This document shows, piece by piece, positions 20,622-32,000 of a DNA stretch of 64,000 nt; positions within the stretch are counted from its first letter, which is position 1; the number at the start of each line of letters is the position of its first letter. Source of the DNA: an uncultured bacterium (GTDB lineage Bacteria; Patescibacteriota; Minisyncoccia; SW-4-49-11); the NCBI GenBank assembly GCA_937864235.1, contig CALMJI010000014.1, forward strand, positions 5,769-69,768, read 5' to 3'. Made by a program: the position numbers and the translations under genes. A model generated the notes under the pieces. That model had not been told where the DNA came from. It did not search any database and saw nothing but the letters and a program-made list of their open reading frames with translations.

Positions 20622-21029
20622 ATGTTATACGAAATCACCTATATCCTAAAACCAGAGTTAACTAATGAAGAACAAGCTGCAGTTAACTCAAAAGTGGCTG
20701 GTTTAATCCAGTCATTAGAAGGAACTGCTAATCCTGCTGAGAGAACTTTTTCAGTAGAAAGAGGTGGGACTGATGAGAATAATCTTCGTAAATTTGCTTA
20801 TCCTATTAAGCATTATAGACAAGGTTATTATTACACTTCTACCTTCGAATTAGCTCCGGCTAAATTAAAAGAACTTGAGTCTATTCTGCAAAGAGAAGCT
20901 GATATTCTAAGGTTTTTGATAGTCAAAGACTTTATTAATCTAAGTGAAATACCTGTAGAATCTAAACCTGAAGAGTCAGAGCCTACCAAGTCAGAGGAAA
21001 AACCAGCTAAGTCTAGTAAAAAAGATTAA
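20622..21029 (+). CDS. rpsF: 30S ribosomal protein S6
   Basis: MLYEITYIL, RKFAYPIK...GYY, ILRFLIVK; likely start is ATG 20622. Confidence 0.95.
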   Translation: MLYEITYILKPELTNEEQAAVNSKVAGLIQSLEGTANPAERTFSVERGGTDENNLRKFAYPIKHYRQGYYYTSTFELAPAKLKELESILQREADILRFLIVKDFINLSEIPVESKPEESEPTKSEEKPAKSSKKD

Positions 21030-21047
21030 TCAATAACACCAAACTAT

Positions 21048-21527
21048 ATGTATCTTAACAAAGTCTATCTTATCGGTAATCTTACCCAAGACCCAGAATT
21101 CAAGGCTCTACCTAGCGGCTCATCTGTAGCTAGTTTTAGCCTAGCCACTAATAGAACTTGGACTGATAAACAAGGTCAAAGACAAGAAACCGCTGAGTAT
21201 CACAATATTGTAGCTTATGGTAAACAAGCCGAAACTATTAGCCAATATTTGAGAAAAGGGTCTCTTCTATTCGTAGAGGGTAGATTACAAACCAGATCTT
21301 GGGAAGCTCAAGACGGTCAGAAAAAATATAGAACTGAGATTATTGTAGATACATTTCAATTTGGACCAAAAGGCTCAGGTACAGGTAGTGTAGCTAGTCA
21401 ACCTAGACCAGCAGCTAGTACTCCAAACTCTAGTCCTAAATCTACTCCATCTAGTATGCCTCAGGAGGAATTACCAACTGTCAATCTAGATGAAGACGAG
21501 ATTGATTTAGAAGAAATCCCATTTTAA
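21048..21527 (+). CDS. ssb: Single-stranded DNA-binding protein
   Basis: LNKVYLIGNLT.DPE, VEGRLQTRSW, acidic tail ending EEIPF. Confidence 0.97.
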   Translation: MYLNKVYLIGNLTQDPEFKALPSGSSVASFSLATNRTWTDKQGQRQETAEYHNIVAYGKQAETISQYLRKGSLLFVEGRLQTRSWEAQDGQKKYRTEIIVDTFQFGPKGSGTGSVASQPRPAASTPNSSPKSTPSSMPQEELPTVNLDEDEIDLEEIPF

Positions 21528-21545
21528 TTAGTTAATTATATATTT

Positions 21546-21767
21546 ATGCGAAATAATAAGAAGAAAGCTCCTAAAGTCTGCTACTTCAGCACAAATAATG
21601 TAGCTATAGACTATAAAGATGCTATCACCTTAAAGATGTTCATCACTCCACAGGCTAAAATAGTACCATCCCGAAGAACTGGAACTCGAGCTAATCACCA
21701 GAGAAATCTATCTAAAGCTATGAAAAGAGCTAGATTTCTATCTATTATTCCTTATGTAACTAGATAA
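21546..21767 (+). CDS. rpsR: 30S ribosomal protein S18
   Basis: [25 protein letters not shown]. Confidence 0.96.
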   Translation: MRNNKKKAPKVCYFSTNNVAIDYKDAITLKMFITPQAKIVPSRRTGTRANHQRNLSKAMKRARFLSIIPYVTR

Positions 21768-21771
21768 ATAT

Positions 21772-22041
21772 ATGCCTATTACACAATCTGCTATCAAAGC
21801 CCACAGACAATCTCTCAAGAAAAATGCTGAGAATAATATTGTCAAAAAGAGACTCAAAGCTACTGTCAAAGAATTTGTAGGTTACCTATCTACTGACATT
21901 GAGAAAGCTAAAGAGTTAATCCCTAGACTATACAAAGCTATTGATAAAACCGCCAAAAGAGGAATCTTGAAAAAGAACTCTGCTGGCCGTAAGAAATCTC
22001 GTCTAATGGCTAAGTTAAATCAAGCTGTAGCTGGGAAATAG
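21772..22041 (+). CDS. rpsT: 30S ribosomal protein S20
   Basis: MPITQSAIKA.RQS, IDK.AKRGILKKN.A.RKKSRL. Confidence 0.96.
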   Translation: MPITQSAIKAHRQSLKKNAENNIVKKRLKATVKEFVGYLSTDIEKAKELIPRLYKAIDKTAKRGILKKNSAGRKKSRLMAKLNQAVAGK

Positions 22042-22101
22042 AGATATTCTGCAACCCTGTATTGGCCAAGACACCTCCAGATTTGTGGGAGGTTTTTTGG
22101 T

Positions 22102-23124
22102 TTATGGTAATAATATCCCCAACTCTCTCAATTTATCATAAGGGCTTTGACCTTGGAATTTGATGGCAGAGTCGCCGTCGATGAGGTTTAGATATATTTT
22201 TTTGAGGTCTTGAGAGTTCCAAGTGCGGATATTTTGAGCAGTGATTTGGAGTACATAGGGATGTCCTTTGGTATAATTTGAATATTGTAATCCCTTTTCT
22301 TGAGCTAATTTTATAATTAAAGCATTTTTTATTTGGCTAATTATTAAACCATAAAGGGCAATACCTTCTATACCACTTTTTTCTATATATTTAAGAGCTG
22401 TTAAGTATTTTCCATAATTATGGCTATAAATATACTCTGTAAGAGAGAATATACTATATGTATCTAAATTTGGAAAAATCAACTCTAGCATTGATTTACT
22501 TATATTATGCTTCTCCCCATAATAATTATATATTTGGTTAAACATAGATTCTATTTTATAAAAATCTATTCTAAATGGTGATTTTTTGGCTTTATTAGTT
22601 TCTTTTTCTTGAGTTTGTTTATGCTCTTGTTTTTGTAAGTCTATTAAATACATTATTCCCTCTCTATTTATATCCAAACCTTGCTCTAAACTCATTTGTT
22701 GTATATAGACTATAGCTTTAGGTTCTGGCAAGTAATCATACTGAGTTTGTTTGGCTTGTAAATCGATTAAAGTTTTAGCTAATGGGTGAGTTTTAGGTAT
22801 ATTATTGGTATTATAAAATACAATTATAATTTCACTATTATCTTTGAGAGTCTGTAATGTTTTTTTAACTTTTGGATATAATGCTTTAGGTAGAAGTACT
22901 AAATCTTTAATAATAATTAGTCTTTTTTCGCTGAATAATGAGCTAGTGTTGAAGCTTTGTTTTAATTTGGCTAATAAAGTATCTTCTGTATCTGGTAATT
23001 CTATATCTTCAAAGTGAAATATCTCTTGTTTAGCTTGTTTTTGTAAGCCAAGTTGTTGAATGGATTTTAACTTTTGACGAGAGCGATAAGTATCTGGTCC
23101 TGCAATTGATATAATCATATTCAC
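22102..23124 (-). CDS. holA: DNA polymerase III delta subunit
   Basis: G.D.YRS, SLFSEKRLIIIK, IFSLTE, HPYVL, D.AIK. Confidence 0.8.
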   Translation of the reverse strand: MNMIISIAGPDTYRSRQKLKSIQQLGLQKQAKQEIFHFEDIELPDTEDTLLAKLKQSFNTSSLFSEKRLIIIKDLVLLPKALYPKVKKTLQTLKDNSEIIIVFYNTNNIPKTHPLAKTLIDLQAKQTQYDYLPEPKAIVYIQQMSLEQGLDINREGIMYLIDLQKQEHKQTQEKETNKAKKSPFRIDFYKIESMFNQIYNYYGEKHNISKSMLELIFPNLDTYSIFSLTEYIYSHNYGKYLTALKYIEKSGIEGIALYGLIISQIKNALIIKLAQEKGLQYSNYTKGHPYVLQITAQNIRTWNSQDLKKIYLNLIDGDSAIKFQGQSPYDKLRELGILLP

Positions 23125-23147
23125 TTATCTATCGTGAAAAATTCTTT

Positions 23148-24287
23148 TTAATTTAACTCCCATTTTAGATTTTGTCCTGGTTCTATTACTTGAATAAATG
23201 TCTGCCCCGGTACCAATAAAATCTCTTTCCCATCTTCTCCATAAAATCTCAAAGTATCTTTGAATCCTTCTTTTTTCCAAGTGATATTTTTCTCTTGTCC
23301 ATTATGATAAATTTTACCTTCTCCTTTACCATAAATTGTAACTTCATTATACTGTCCTTCAATTTGTCTTGATGAAGCTCTCATTACTACTATATTTTTG
23401 GCCTTAATTTCAGCATCATTATTACCTCTATCTACATCTTTTTGTCCTGCCCAATATCTAGTATAGGTATTATCTTCCTTATTATACTCCCAACTGGTGG
23501 CAAATACTCCTGCAAAACCTACATATAATTTACCCTCTTTAGCATCTTTTTTCTCAGCTTCAATAGTTTTTTGGCTTTTGAATTTATACCCATCTAGATT
23601 AGTTTCTAAAGTATATTCTCTTTTCTTTGCCAAATCAATAACTTTTGGTAATGATACAAAACCATTATGTGGGGCTGGGACTGTACTTTTTCTAAAGAAT
23701 TGACCACTTGATGAAATAGCATCAATATCTGGCACTTTACCTAAATCCTCACCAGTATATCTTTTTCCTGTTTTAAGCTCATCTAGAGCGAAGTGAGACC
23801 CTCCCCAGTGCACATAAATTGCATCCCAACCTCTTACTAAACTAATATAATCGTGTCTAGCACTACGAATTGAACCAACTTCATCTGGAAGGTTACAAAC
23901 ATAAACTCCCATCAATCTAGTAACACTTCCAGTAATAACAGGCATTTCTACTACTATTTCTGCTTGGCTCAAACCTGATAGAGGTCTTGCTACGGCATCT
24001 CCTGCCATCATTACCGCTATTGGTCTTTGTTTATAGTTATCACATTGAACTCCTGTCAATGGACTAGCATTGGTTAGTTTCTCCTCACTAGGCTCTAGCA
24101 TTCCTTCGGCTTCATCAGTTTCTTTTTTGTCTTCTTTAGTCTCTTTATTTGTGTCTGTATTATTACCAACTCCACTAAAAGCATATACTCCCACTCCTAT
24201 AATTCCAATAATAAGAAATAATGAAAATATTACTATATATTTTTCTTTTTTAGTTAAGGTAGACCATCTTTTTAGAAATGTTTTCAT
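23148..24287 (-). CDS. DUF3048 (YerB-like) membrane-anchored protein
   Basis: SPLTG, RPIAVM, ARPLSGLSQA.IV.E, GSIRSAR, APHN. Confidence 0.88.
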   Translation of the reverse strand: MKTFLKRWSTLTKKEKYIVIFSLFLIIGIIGVGVYAFSGVGNNTDTNKETKEDKKETDEAEGMLEPSEEKLTNASPLTGVQCDNYKQRPIAVMMAGDAVARPLSGLSQAEIVVEMPVITGSVTRLMGVYVCNLPDEVGSIRSARHDYISLVRGWDAIYVHWGGSHFALDELKTGKRYTGEDLGKVPDIDAISSSGQFFRKSTVPAPHNGFVSLPKVIDLAKKREYTLETNLDGYKFKSQKTIEAEKKDAKEGKLYVGFAGVFATSWEYNKEDNTYTRYWAGQKDVDRGNNDAEIKAKNIVVMRASSRQIEGQYNEVTIYGKGEGKIYHNGQEKNITWKKEGFKDTLRFYGEDGKEILLVPGQTFIQVIEPGQNLKWELN

Positions 24288-24292
24288 ATAAT

Positions 24293-24727
24293 TTAAGTTA
24301 ACTTATTAATTTTAGCTACTATTTCAGTAGGAGAATAATGTGATTTGACTATATAGTCGACTGCTCCGAGTTTGAGGCATTCTGTAATTTTATCTTGCTC
24401 GCTAAGATTACTCATTACTATAATTTTGGGTTGATAATTAGCAGATTTTTTGGCATTAAATTCAGATAAAATTTCTAGTCCAGTTTTATTTGGGACCATT
24501 AAATCTAGTAGAACAATATTATAGTTCTCTGTTAATAGTTTCTGAATACCGTCCTCTCCATCTGAGGATTCTGTAACTTTATATTTAACCTCTCTTAGCT
24601 TCATACTCACTAATTCTCTTACAAAAATATCATCTTCTATAATTAATAAGGTTTTTTTATTGTTTTCTAGCATAGTATATTGATTTATCATATGATTAAT
24701 TATAGGATATTTTATAGTTTTTAGCAA
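24293..24727 (-). CDS. Single-domain response regulator (receiver); start uncertain
   Basis: LIIEDD, LLDLMVP, LGAVDYIVK. Confidence 0.9.
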   Translation of the reverse strand: MLKTIKYPIINHMINQYTMLENNKKTLLIIEDDIFVRELVSMKLREVKYKVTESSDGEDGIQKLLTENYNIVLLDLMVPNKTGLEILSEFNAKKSANYQPKIIVMSNLSEQDKITECLKLGAVDYIVKSHYSPTEIVAKINKLT

Positions 24728-24795
24728 ACTTAAATATCTTTAATTTATAATATTTTGAATTGTAATACTGTGATTTAATGTTATAATAATAGGAT

Positions 24796-26829
24796 ATGAA
24801 GTTCAAAATCTCTTCTCACTATCAGCCCAAAGGAGACCAACCACAAGCTATCGCTAAACTAAGTGACGGCTTATCTCAAGGTAAACAACATCAAACCCTA
24901 CTAGGAGTAACTGGTTCTGGAAAAACGTTCACTATGGCTCATTTGATTGAAAAATATCAAAAGCCAACTCTTATTATATCACACAACAAAACTCTAGCAG
25001 CTCAATTATATCAAGAATTTAGAGACTTTTTTCCTGAGAATAATGTACATTATTTTGTATCTTATTACGATTATTATCAGCCAGAGAGTTATTTGCCTTC
25101 TTCGGACACTTATATTGAGAAAGAGTCTATGACTAATGCTCAAGTGGAGAGACTTAGGCATGCAGCGACCCAAAGCCTTCTGTCTAATCCCGACACTATT
25201 ATTATCTCGTCGGTGTCTTGTATTTATGGTATTGGGTCTCCTGAGGATTATGGAAATTTATCTTTAATTATAGAAGTTGGACAAAAGATTCAGAGGGATG
25301 ATTTTATTCGGAGTCTGATTGCAATTCAATATAGTCGTAATGACATAGATTTTAAACCTGGATGTTTTAGAATCAAGGGCGATGTGGTAGAAATTCATGA
25401 ACCTGGAGAAAAAAGATTGATTAAAATTAGTTTTTGGGGTGATACTATTGAGAGTATTTCTTATAATGAATATCAGGATTCAATTTTGGAGCAATTGCCG
25501 GCCAAATATATCGATGATTATAGGATTTTTCCTGCTACTCACTGGATTTCTACAAGAAGCAAAGTAGATAATATGATTCCTTTGATCAGGGAAGAGATGG
25601 TGGATAGAGTGAAATTTTTCAAAAAATATAGCAAATTAGTAGAAGCTCAAAGAATTGAAGAGCGAGTTAATTATGACCTTGAAATGCTATCTGAAGTTGG
25701 GTTTACAAAAGGTATTGAGAATTATTCTAGATATTTGACTGGCCGAGCTCCGGGAGAGCCTCCTTATACTTTGATTGATTACTTTTTAGAGGCTGATGCT
25801 GATTTCTTAACTCTAGTAGATGAATCTCATATTACTTTACCTCAAATTCGTGGTATGCATAATGGTGATGCTGCACGCAAAAAGAATTTGATTGACTTTG
25901 GTTTTAGATTACCCTCAGCCGCTGATAATAGACCGCTAAAATTCTATGAATTTGAAGCTAAAATTCCTCATATTGTGTATGTCTCAGCAACTCCAGGAGA
26001 GTATGAGTTATCTAATTCTAGTGATGATAAAATTCATTCTATACCAGAATTACAAACTTTCAAAGAATTACCAGAGGGTATTGCTGAGCAAATTATTCGT
26101 CCAACTGGACTACTAGAACCAAGTATTGAAATTAGACCTGTCGACAATCAAATTCAAGATGTGATTGACGAGATTGGGAATATTATTCCAAAGGATGAGC
26201 GGGTGCTGATTCTGACTCTCACTAAGAGAATGGCGGAGGATATTGCAGATTTCTTGAAAGAGAAAAATATTAAAACTGAGTATTTGCACTCGGATATTGA
26301 TACTTTAGATAGGCCTGAGATTTTGACTAAGTTAAGGCAAGGAGAATTTGATGTTTTGGTTGGAATTAATTTATTACGAGAAGGTTTGGACTTGCCAGAG
26401 GTGTCTCTAGTAGCTATTTTGGATGCAGATAAAGAAGGATTCTTGAGAAATGAGACTTCACTTATTCAGACTATCGGTCGAGCCGCTAGACATAAAAATG
26501 GGAAGGTTATCTTGTATGCCAATAAAATAACCAGATCTATTGACCGTGCTATATCTGAAACAGACCGTAGACGAGCTATTCAGACAGCTTATAATAAGAA
26601 GAATAATATTGTGCCTGAGGGAATTAAGAAAGACATCAGATCAAGTATAGTTAAAGATAAGAAAAAAGAATTACAAGAGCAAAAAGTAGCTGCTCTAGAT
26701 ATCACTGAGAGAGAGTTTATGATAGAAGAATTAACCAAACAAATGAATCAAGCAGCTCAGGCTCTAGATTTTGAGCGAGCCAAAGATTTAAGGGATGAAA
26801 TTGCTTTGATTAAAAATTTAGACGAATAA
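24796..26829 (+). CDS. uvrB: Excinuclease ABC subunit B
   Basis: GVTGSGKT, YYDYYQPE, DESH, GINLLREGLDLPEVS. Confidence 0.98.
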   Translation: MKFKISSHYQPKGDQPQAIAKLSDGLSQGKQHQTLLGVTGSGKTFTMAHLIEKYQKPTLIISHNKTLAAQLYQEFRDFFPENNVHYFVSYYDYYQPESYLPSSDTYIEKESMTNAQVERLRHAATQSLLSNPDTIIISSVSCIYGIGSPEDYGNLSLIIEVGQKIQRDDFIRSLIAIQYSRNDIDFKPGCFRIKGDVVEIHEPGEKRLIKISFWGDTIESISYNEYQDSILEQLPAKYIDDYRIFPATHWISTRSKVDNMIPLIREEMVDRVKFFKKYSKLVEAQRIEERVNYDLEMLSEVGFTKGIENYSRYLTGRAPGEPPYTLIDYFLEADADFLTLVDESHITLPQIRGMHNGDAARKKNLIDFGFRLPSAADNRPLKFYEFEAKIPHIVYVSATPGEYELSNSSDDKIHSIPELQTFKELPEGIAEQIIRPTGLLEPSIEIRPVDNQIQDVIDEIGNIIPKDERVLILTLTKRMAEDIADFLKEKNIKTEYLHSDIDTLDRPEILTKLRQGEFDVLVGINLLREGLDLPEVSLVAILDADKEGFLRNETSLIQTIGRAARHKNGKVILYANKITRSIDRAISETDRRRAIQTAYNKKNNIVPEGIKKDIRSSIVKDKKKELQEQKVAALDITEREFMIEELTKQMNQAAQALDFERAKDLRDEIALIKNLDE

Positions 26830-27963
26830 ACTAATAGCTCCAAATGTAAACATTGTAATCATAATAATTCCAACCCATTTGAAATGCCCCAAACTATAGA
26901 CTGGAGGAATCTCTCCCTCAGATTTAGCCCTCCAAAATGTCAAAATTATCAGAATAGATATTATACTCACTCCTATTCCTCCTGCATATTGTATTATTGT
27001 ATCAAATTGAGCCCAATCAAATACTAGTAATGCCATTGGAGGAAAAGTTGTGAGAATAATAGCAATACTTCTCTTTAGCTTTCCAAAACTCATATATGAC
27101 TCTATCATTGATAGTCCCATAGTTATAAAAGTTGTGATAATAGCAAATAGAGCAAATATTGATATTGTTATAAGAGTTTCATAACCTAATTTATCGCCTA
27201 ATGAAAGAATAGATAGAGGATCAATTAATTTACCAGTAACGCCAATTATTAAAGTTATAAATAGACTATAAAGTAAAATTATCATTGTATTACTCAAAGT
27301 TATAGCTGACTGAATTTGAGCATAATTACTTTTAGAAAATATAGATTTTACTTGTGGAATAGCAATCACTCCAAAATATGAAAACAACACTATTCCATAA
27401 GGTTGTATTGTGTTCTCAAGACTAGAAAATGGTTCTAGTCTAAACTGATTCCAATCAACAGTATTAGTATAAAGTGCTTTCATCCACAAAGTCAAAATAA
27501 TTAATGCCATACCAGATACAAAAATAACTTCCCATTTACTTACAAATTTTAATCCTTTAATTATAAAATAAGTACTAATAGCAAAGAATACTACCGACCA
27601 ATTAAAAGAGGTAGCTGGTATCAAATTATTCATAATATCTCCAGCAGCTCTAAGATAAGCTGTAAGTGCTCCATAAATAATAATAAAAAGTGCTGTTATA
27701 GCTAATAAATAGCCTTTTCTGCCTAAATATAATTTGATAAGCTCCGGAATAGGTAGATTTTTTTTGGTTCTTAGTACAATTTCACCCAACATCAAATTAA
27801 GTATCATCGCCATAATACCAAAGATTGCTAAATACAAAGCTCCAACCCAATAGCCGGCATTATAAACTGCATAAGGTATAGCTAAAACTCCAGCTCCTAT
27901 AGTGGTACCGGTGAGAGTAGCTACTGCTTTTATAAATTGGTATTGTTTAGTTTTGGAGGACAT
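26818..27963 (-). CDS. Aromatic amino acid permease (TyrP/Mtr-like)
   Basis: GTTIGAGVLAIPY; about 11 TM. Confidence 0.85.
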   Translation of the reverse strand: MSSKTKQYQFIKAVATLTGTTIGAGVLAIPYAVYNAGYWVGALYLAIFGIMAMILNLMLGEIVLRTKKNLPIPELIKLYLGRKGYLLAITALFIIIYGALTAYLRAAGDIMNNLIPATSFNWSVVFFAISTYFIIKGLKFVSKWEVIFVSGMALIILTLWMKALYTNTVDWNQFRLEPFSSLENTIQPYGIVLFSYFGVIAIPQVKSIFSKSNYAQIQSAITLSNTMIILLYSLFITLIIGVTGKLIDPLSILSLGDKLGYETLITISIFALFAIITTFITMGLSMIESYMSFGKLKRSIAIILTTFPPMALLVFDWAQFDTIIQYAGGIGVSIISILIILTFWRAKSEGEIPPVYSLGHFKWVGIIMITMFTFGAISLFV

Positions 27964-27997
27964 TATGTATTTATTATATATTTTATATTATAACAAA

Positions 27998-28666
27998 TTA
28001 TTCCAAATAAGCATAGACTGATATATTAGGGTGATTATATAAATATTCTAATGGCCAGTTTTTGACTCCGGTTAGGTTTTGTAGCTGATTCTGTAGTTGA
28101 GCATATTTGTCTTGCCCTTTGATTAGAATTATAATTTGCTCTGAGTTATAGATATATTCTGGACTCAAACTCAATCTATCTCTAGTGGGGTAATTAGCTG
28201 GAGCTTGAGTAATTATAGCTTTATCTAAGTTAGGGTTATCCCAATATTCTCCCCCGGCAAAAAGTGAGGCAAAATGCCCGTCTAATCCCATACCTAGTAT
28301 AGTAAGACCGAGTTTAGGTGGAAGTTGAGATTGTAGTTGAGATAATGTATTTTGAATTTGGTCTAAATATTCAAATCTAATAATCTGTCTAAAATCTACT
28401 CCCTCAAAACTCTTATATACATTTTGCCAATTAGATTCTGGACTAGATTTTGGGACATATCGCTCATCTACTTGGATTAAATCAATTTGTGAGAAGTTTA
28501 GAACTTGCTGAGCTAATTCCTGATAGATTACAAAAGGAGTAGTGCCCCCTGACACAGCTAAATTAGCCTCACCTTTGGCTTGAATTTGTTCATATAAATT
28601 ATTAGCTATTTCCTCCGTGCTAGCCTGAATCCAATCTGCTTCTTGAGTAAAGGTTTGTATATTCAT
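27998..28666 (-). CDS. pgl: 6-phosphogluconolactonase
   Basis: AVSGGTTP, VDERYVP...ESN, LGMGLDGHFASLF. Confidence 0.92.
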   Translation of the reverse strand: MNIQTFTQEADWIQASTEEIANNLYEQIQAKGEANLAVSGGTTPFVIYQELAQQVLNFSQIDLIQVDERYVPKSSPESNWQNVYKSFEGVDFRQIIRFEYLDQIQNTLSQLQSQLPPKLGLTILGMGLDGHFASLFAGGEYWDNPNLDKAIITQAPANYPTRDRLSLSPEYIYNSEQIIILIKGQDKYAQLQNQLQNLTGVKNWPLEYLYNHPNISVYAYLE

Positions 28667-28703
28667 AGGGTATATATTAATTGTGAATTATGAATTGTTT
28701 TCC

Positions 28704-28916
28704 TAGTGGAGGTTTTTAGTCCATCCCATACCTTGTTTGGGATAGGATTTATCCCTCCAGTTTTTCGTAGGGGCGACCTTTCAGTCGCCTTAAATTCCCC
28801 TCGTTGAGGGGTGCCCGTAGGGCGGGGTGGAGTGTTTTGTTTTTCATATTTATTCCACCCCGTCAGGCAAGCCTGCCACCCCTCAATTTATCTCCCGTAG
28901 GGATGAGAGGGAAATT
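28704..28916. repeat. Composite palindromic repeat
   Basis: cgtaggggcgacctttcagtcgcc; inverted pair attcccctcgttgaggggtg...ggggtgga / tccaccccgtcaggcaagcctgccacccctcaa. Confidence 0.85.
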
Positions 28917-29006
28917 TTTAAGAAGATATCACATAATTCAATTCTCTACCCATTATTATACCACATTATAAATATGCTATAATATATAAAAGGAAATATT
29001 TATTAT

Positions 29007-32000
29007 ATGCAAGAATTTGTCCATCTCAATACTCGCTCTCATTATAGCATTCTAGAAGCCATTGGCTCTATTGGAGATATTATCACCAAAACTCAAGAAT
29101 TGGGCTTTGAGGCTATTGCTCTTACGGATAACAATAATATGTTCGGGGCGATTGAATTTTATGAAAAAGCTTCCAAAGCGAATATCAAGCCAATTTTGGG
29201 AGTTAATTTATCTGTAGCTGGCATAGATGGTGGTACTTCTAAGCCTTATTTTATAACTTTATTGGCTAAATCTTATCAAGGATATACTAACTTGATTGAA
29301 TTAGTGTCTTTAGTTAGACTGAATTCTAATCAGCCGATTTCAATAGAAAATTTAACTAAATATAGTAAGGATTTGATTTGTCTTTCTGGTAATTATCAGA
29401 GTGAATTAAATTATTATCTTTTACATAATTCTAAAGAAGCTCAAAATTGGGTAGATATTTATAGCCAAATTTTTACAGATAATTTATACTTGGAGCTATT
29501 ACCTCTTACTAACACTCCTGAGCAGATTAAAGCGAATAAAAACTTAATCAAATTATCTAAAAAGTCTAATTTGCCTCTGGTTTTGACAGCTCAGAGTATG
29601 TATCTAAACTCTAATCAGAGAACTGCTCATGATATTATGCTAGCTATAAAAAATAAAACTAATATTCAAAATCCTGATCGGATAACGGTAGCACATGAAG
29701 ACTATTCTCTCAAATCTACTGAAGAGATGTATAATTTAGCTCAGCAACTCAATATACCAGAGGAAGCTCTTACTAATACCAAAGTTATTGCTGAGAAATG
29801 TAATGTAGAGATTCCTCTGTACCAAATTCAACTCCCAAAGTTTGAGGTACCTCCTCTAGAATCTGGAGAAATTCTAGATAATGAGAGCTATTTAAGGTTT
29901 TTATGTGAAGAGGGAATTTCAAAAAGATATAAAGACCAAGACCAGACTCAAATTCGAGAAAGGTTAGAATATGAATTTGGAGTTATCAAAAATGCTGGAT
30001 ATATTGATTATTTTCTCATCGTATCTGACTTTATAACTTGGGCTAAAAATAATGGGGTTTTAGTCGGTCCTGGGAGAGGTTCAGCAGCTGGTAGTTTGGT
30101 AGCCTATTTATTAGCTATTACGGATATTGATCCTCTTGCCTATCAGCTTCTTTTTGAGAGATTCTTGAACCCAGCTCGAGTCTCTATGCCCGATATTGAT
30201 ATTGACTTTCAAGATAATAAAAGAGAATTGGTGTTAAATTATGTTGCCCAAAAATATGGACAAGACCATGTTGCTCAGATTTGTACTTTTGGAACAATGG
30301 CGGCCAAAGCAGCAATTCGAGACACTGGTAGGGCTCTTGGGTATTCTTATGGATTATGTGATTCTATTGCTAAATTAATTGACCAAAAAACCATAGCTAA
30401 GTCTCTTGCTAACTCTAGGGAACTCAGAAGTCGCTATGAACAAGAAGAAAAAGTTACTACTTTGATTGACACTGCCCAGCAATTAGAGGGCTCCATAAGA
30501 CACACCTCTACCCATGCTTGTGCAGTGGTGATATCTCCGCAGAAACTCACTAATTATACTCCCCTACAAGTCTCTGAATCTGGAGGTAAAACATCTATCA
30601 CCACTCAATATGAAATGCATGCCATTGAAGATTTGGGACTACTTAAAATGGACTTTTTGGGATTGTCTAACCTCTCTACTATTGAGTCAACTTTGAATTT
30701 GATTGAGTCTCAGACTGGAACCAAAATAGATATAGATAATCTAGAGACCGATGATAAATTAACTTATAAATTATTTCAAAAAGGGCAGACCACTGGAGTA
30801 TTCCAATTTGAATCTCAAGGAATGAAAAAAGCCTTAATCGGACTGAAGCCTTCTGAATTTGACGATTTGATTGCGATGGTATCACTATATAGACCAGGGC
30901 CGATGGAACTAATCCCAACTTACATTGCCCGTAAACACAAAAAAGAAAAGGTTGAATATTTACACCCCAATTTAGAAGCTATTCTAAAGCCAACTTATGG
31001 GATTATGATTTACCAGGAACAGCTGATGCAAGCCTCACAGGCAGTAGCTGGATTTTCTTTACCAGAAGCTGATACCCTGCGAAAAGCCGTCGGTAAAAAA
31101 ATCAAAGAATTAATGGAAGAGCAAAAAATCAATATTATTGAAGGTACGGTCAAACAAGGAATACCAAAAGAAATTGGAGAAAAACTCTGGGAGCTAATAG
31201 AACCTTTTGGAGATTATGGATTCAATAAATCTCATGCTGCTTGTTATGCTATGATAGCCTATCAGACGGCTTATCTCAAAGCTCATTATCCTCTACAATT
31301 TATGGTAGCCCTACTCAATAGCGATGCTAAAGATATGGCAAGAATTGCAATAGATATCACTGAGGCTAGACAACTAGGATTAGAAATAAAACCACCAAGT
31401 ATTAATATTAGTCAAGCTAATTTTACAGGTAGTAACAAGACTATATTTTATGGGCTTGGAAGTATCAAGAATATGAGTAGTAATTTAGCTGAATATATAG
31501 AGCAGGAGAGAAAAGAAAATGGACAGTTCAAGTCATTAGAAGATTTCCTAACTAGAATTCCAGCAAAAGAACTGAATAAAAAGAATCTAGAAGCCCTTGT
31601 AAAAGCCGGAGCTTTAGATGAATTTGAGCCAAGATATATTCTGATTCATAATTTAGATAATATTTTAGCCTTTATAAAAACCCTAGCCAATCAAAATACT
31701 GCCAATATACCTCAAAATTCACTTTTTGGAGCTACGGTTAGCATTAAGCCAAGTTTAGAATTGGAGAATATAGAAGCCAGTCCTACTGAAAACTTGAATC
31801 AAATCTTAGAATTAGAGAATATATATTTAGGGCTTTGGATATCTACTCACCCAATTGATGAATATAAAGATATCTTAGAAGAACTAAAATTACCTAATAT
31901 CAAAGAAATCAAAGAAGCTAAGAGAAAATCTAATCTAATACTCACCGGTGTAATCAAAGATATGAAGACAATCTCCACCAAAAGTGGGGCTAAGATGGCT

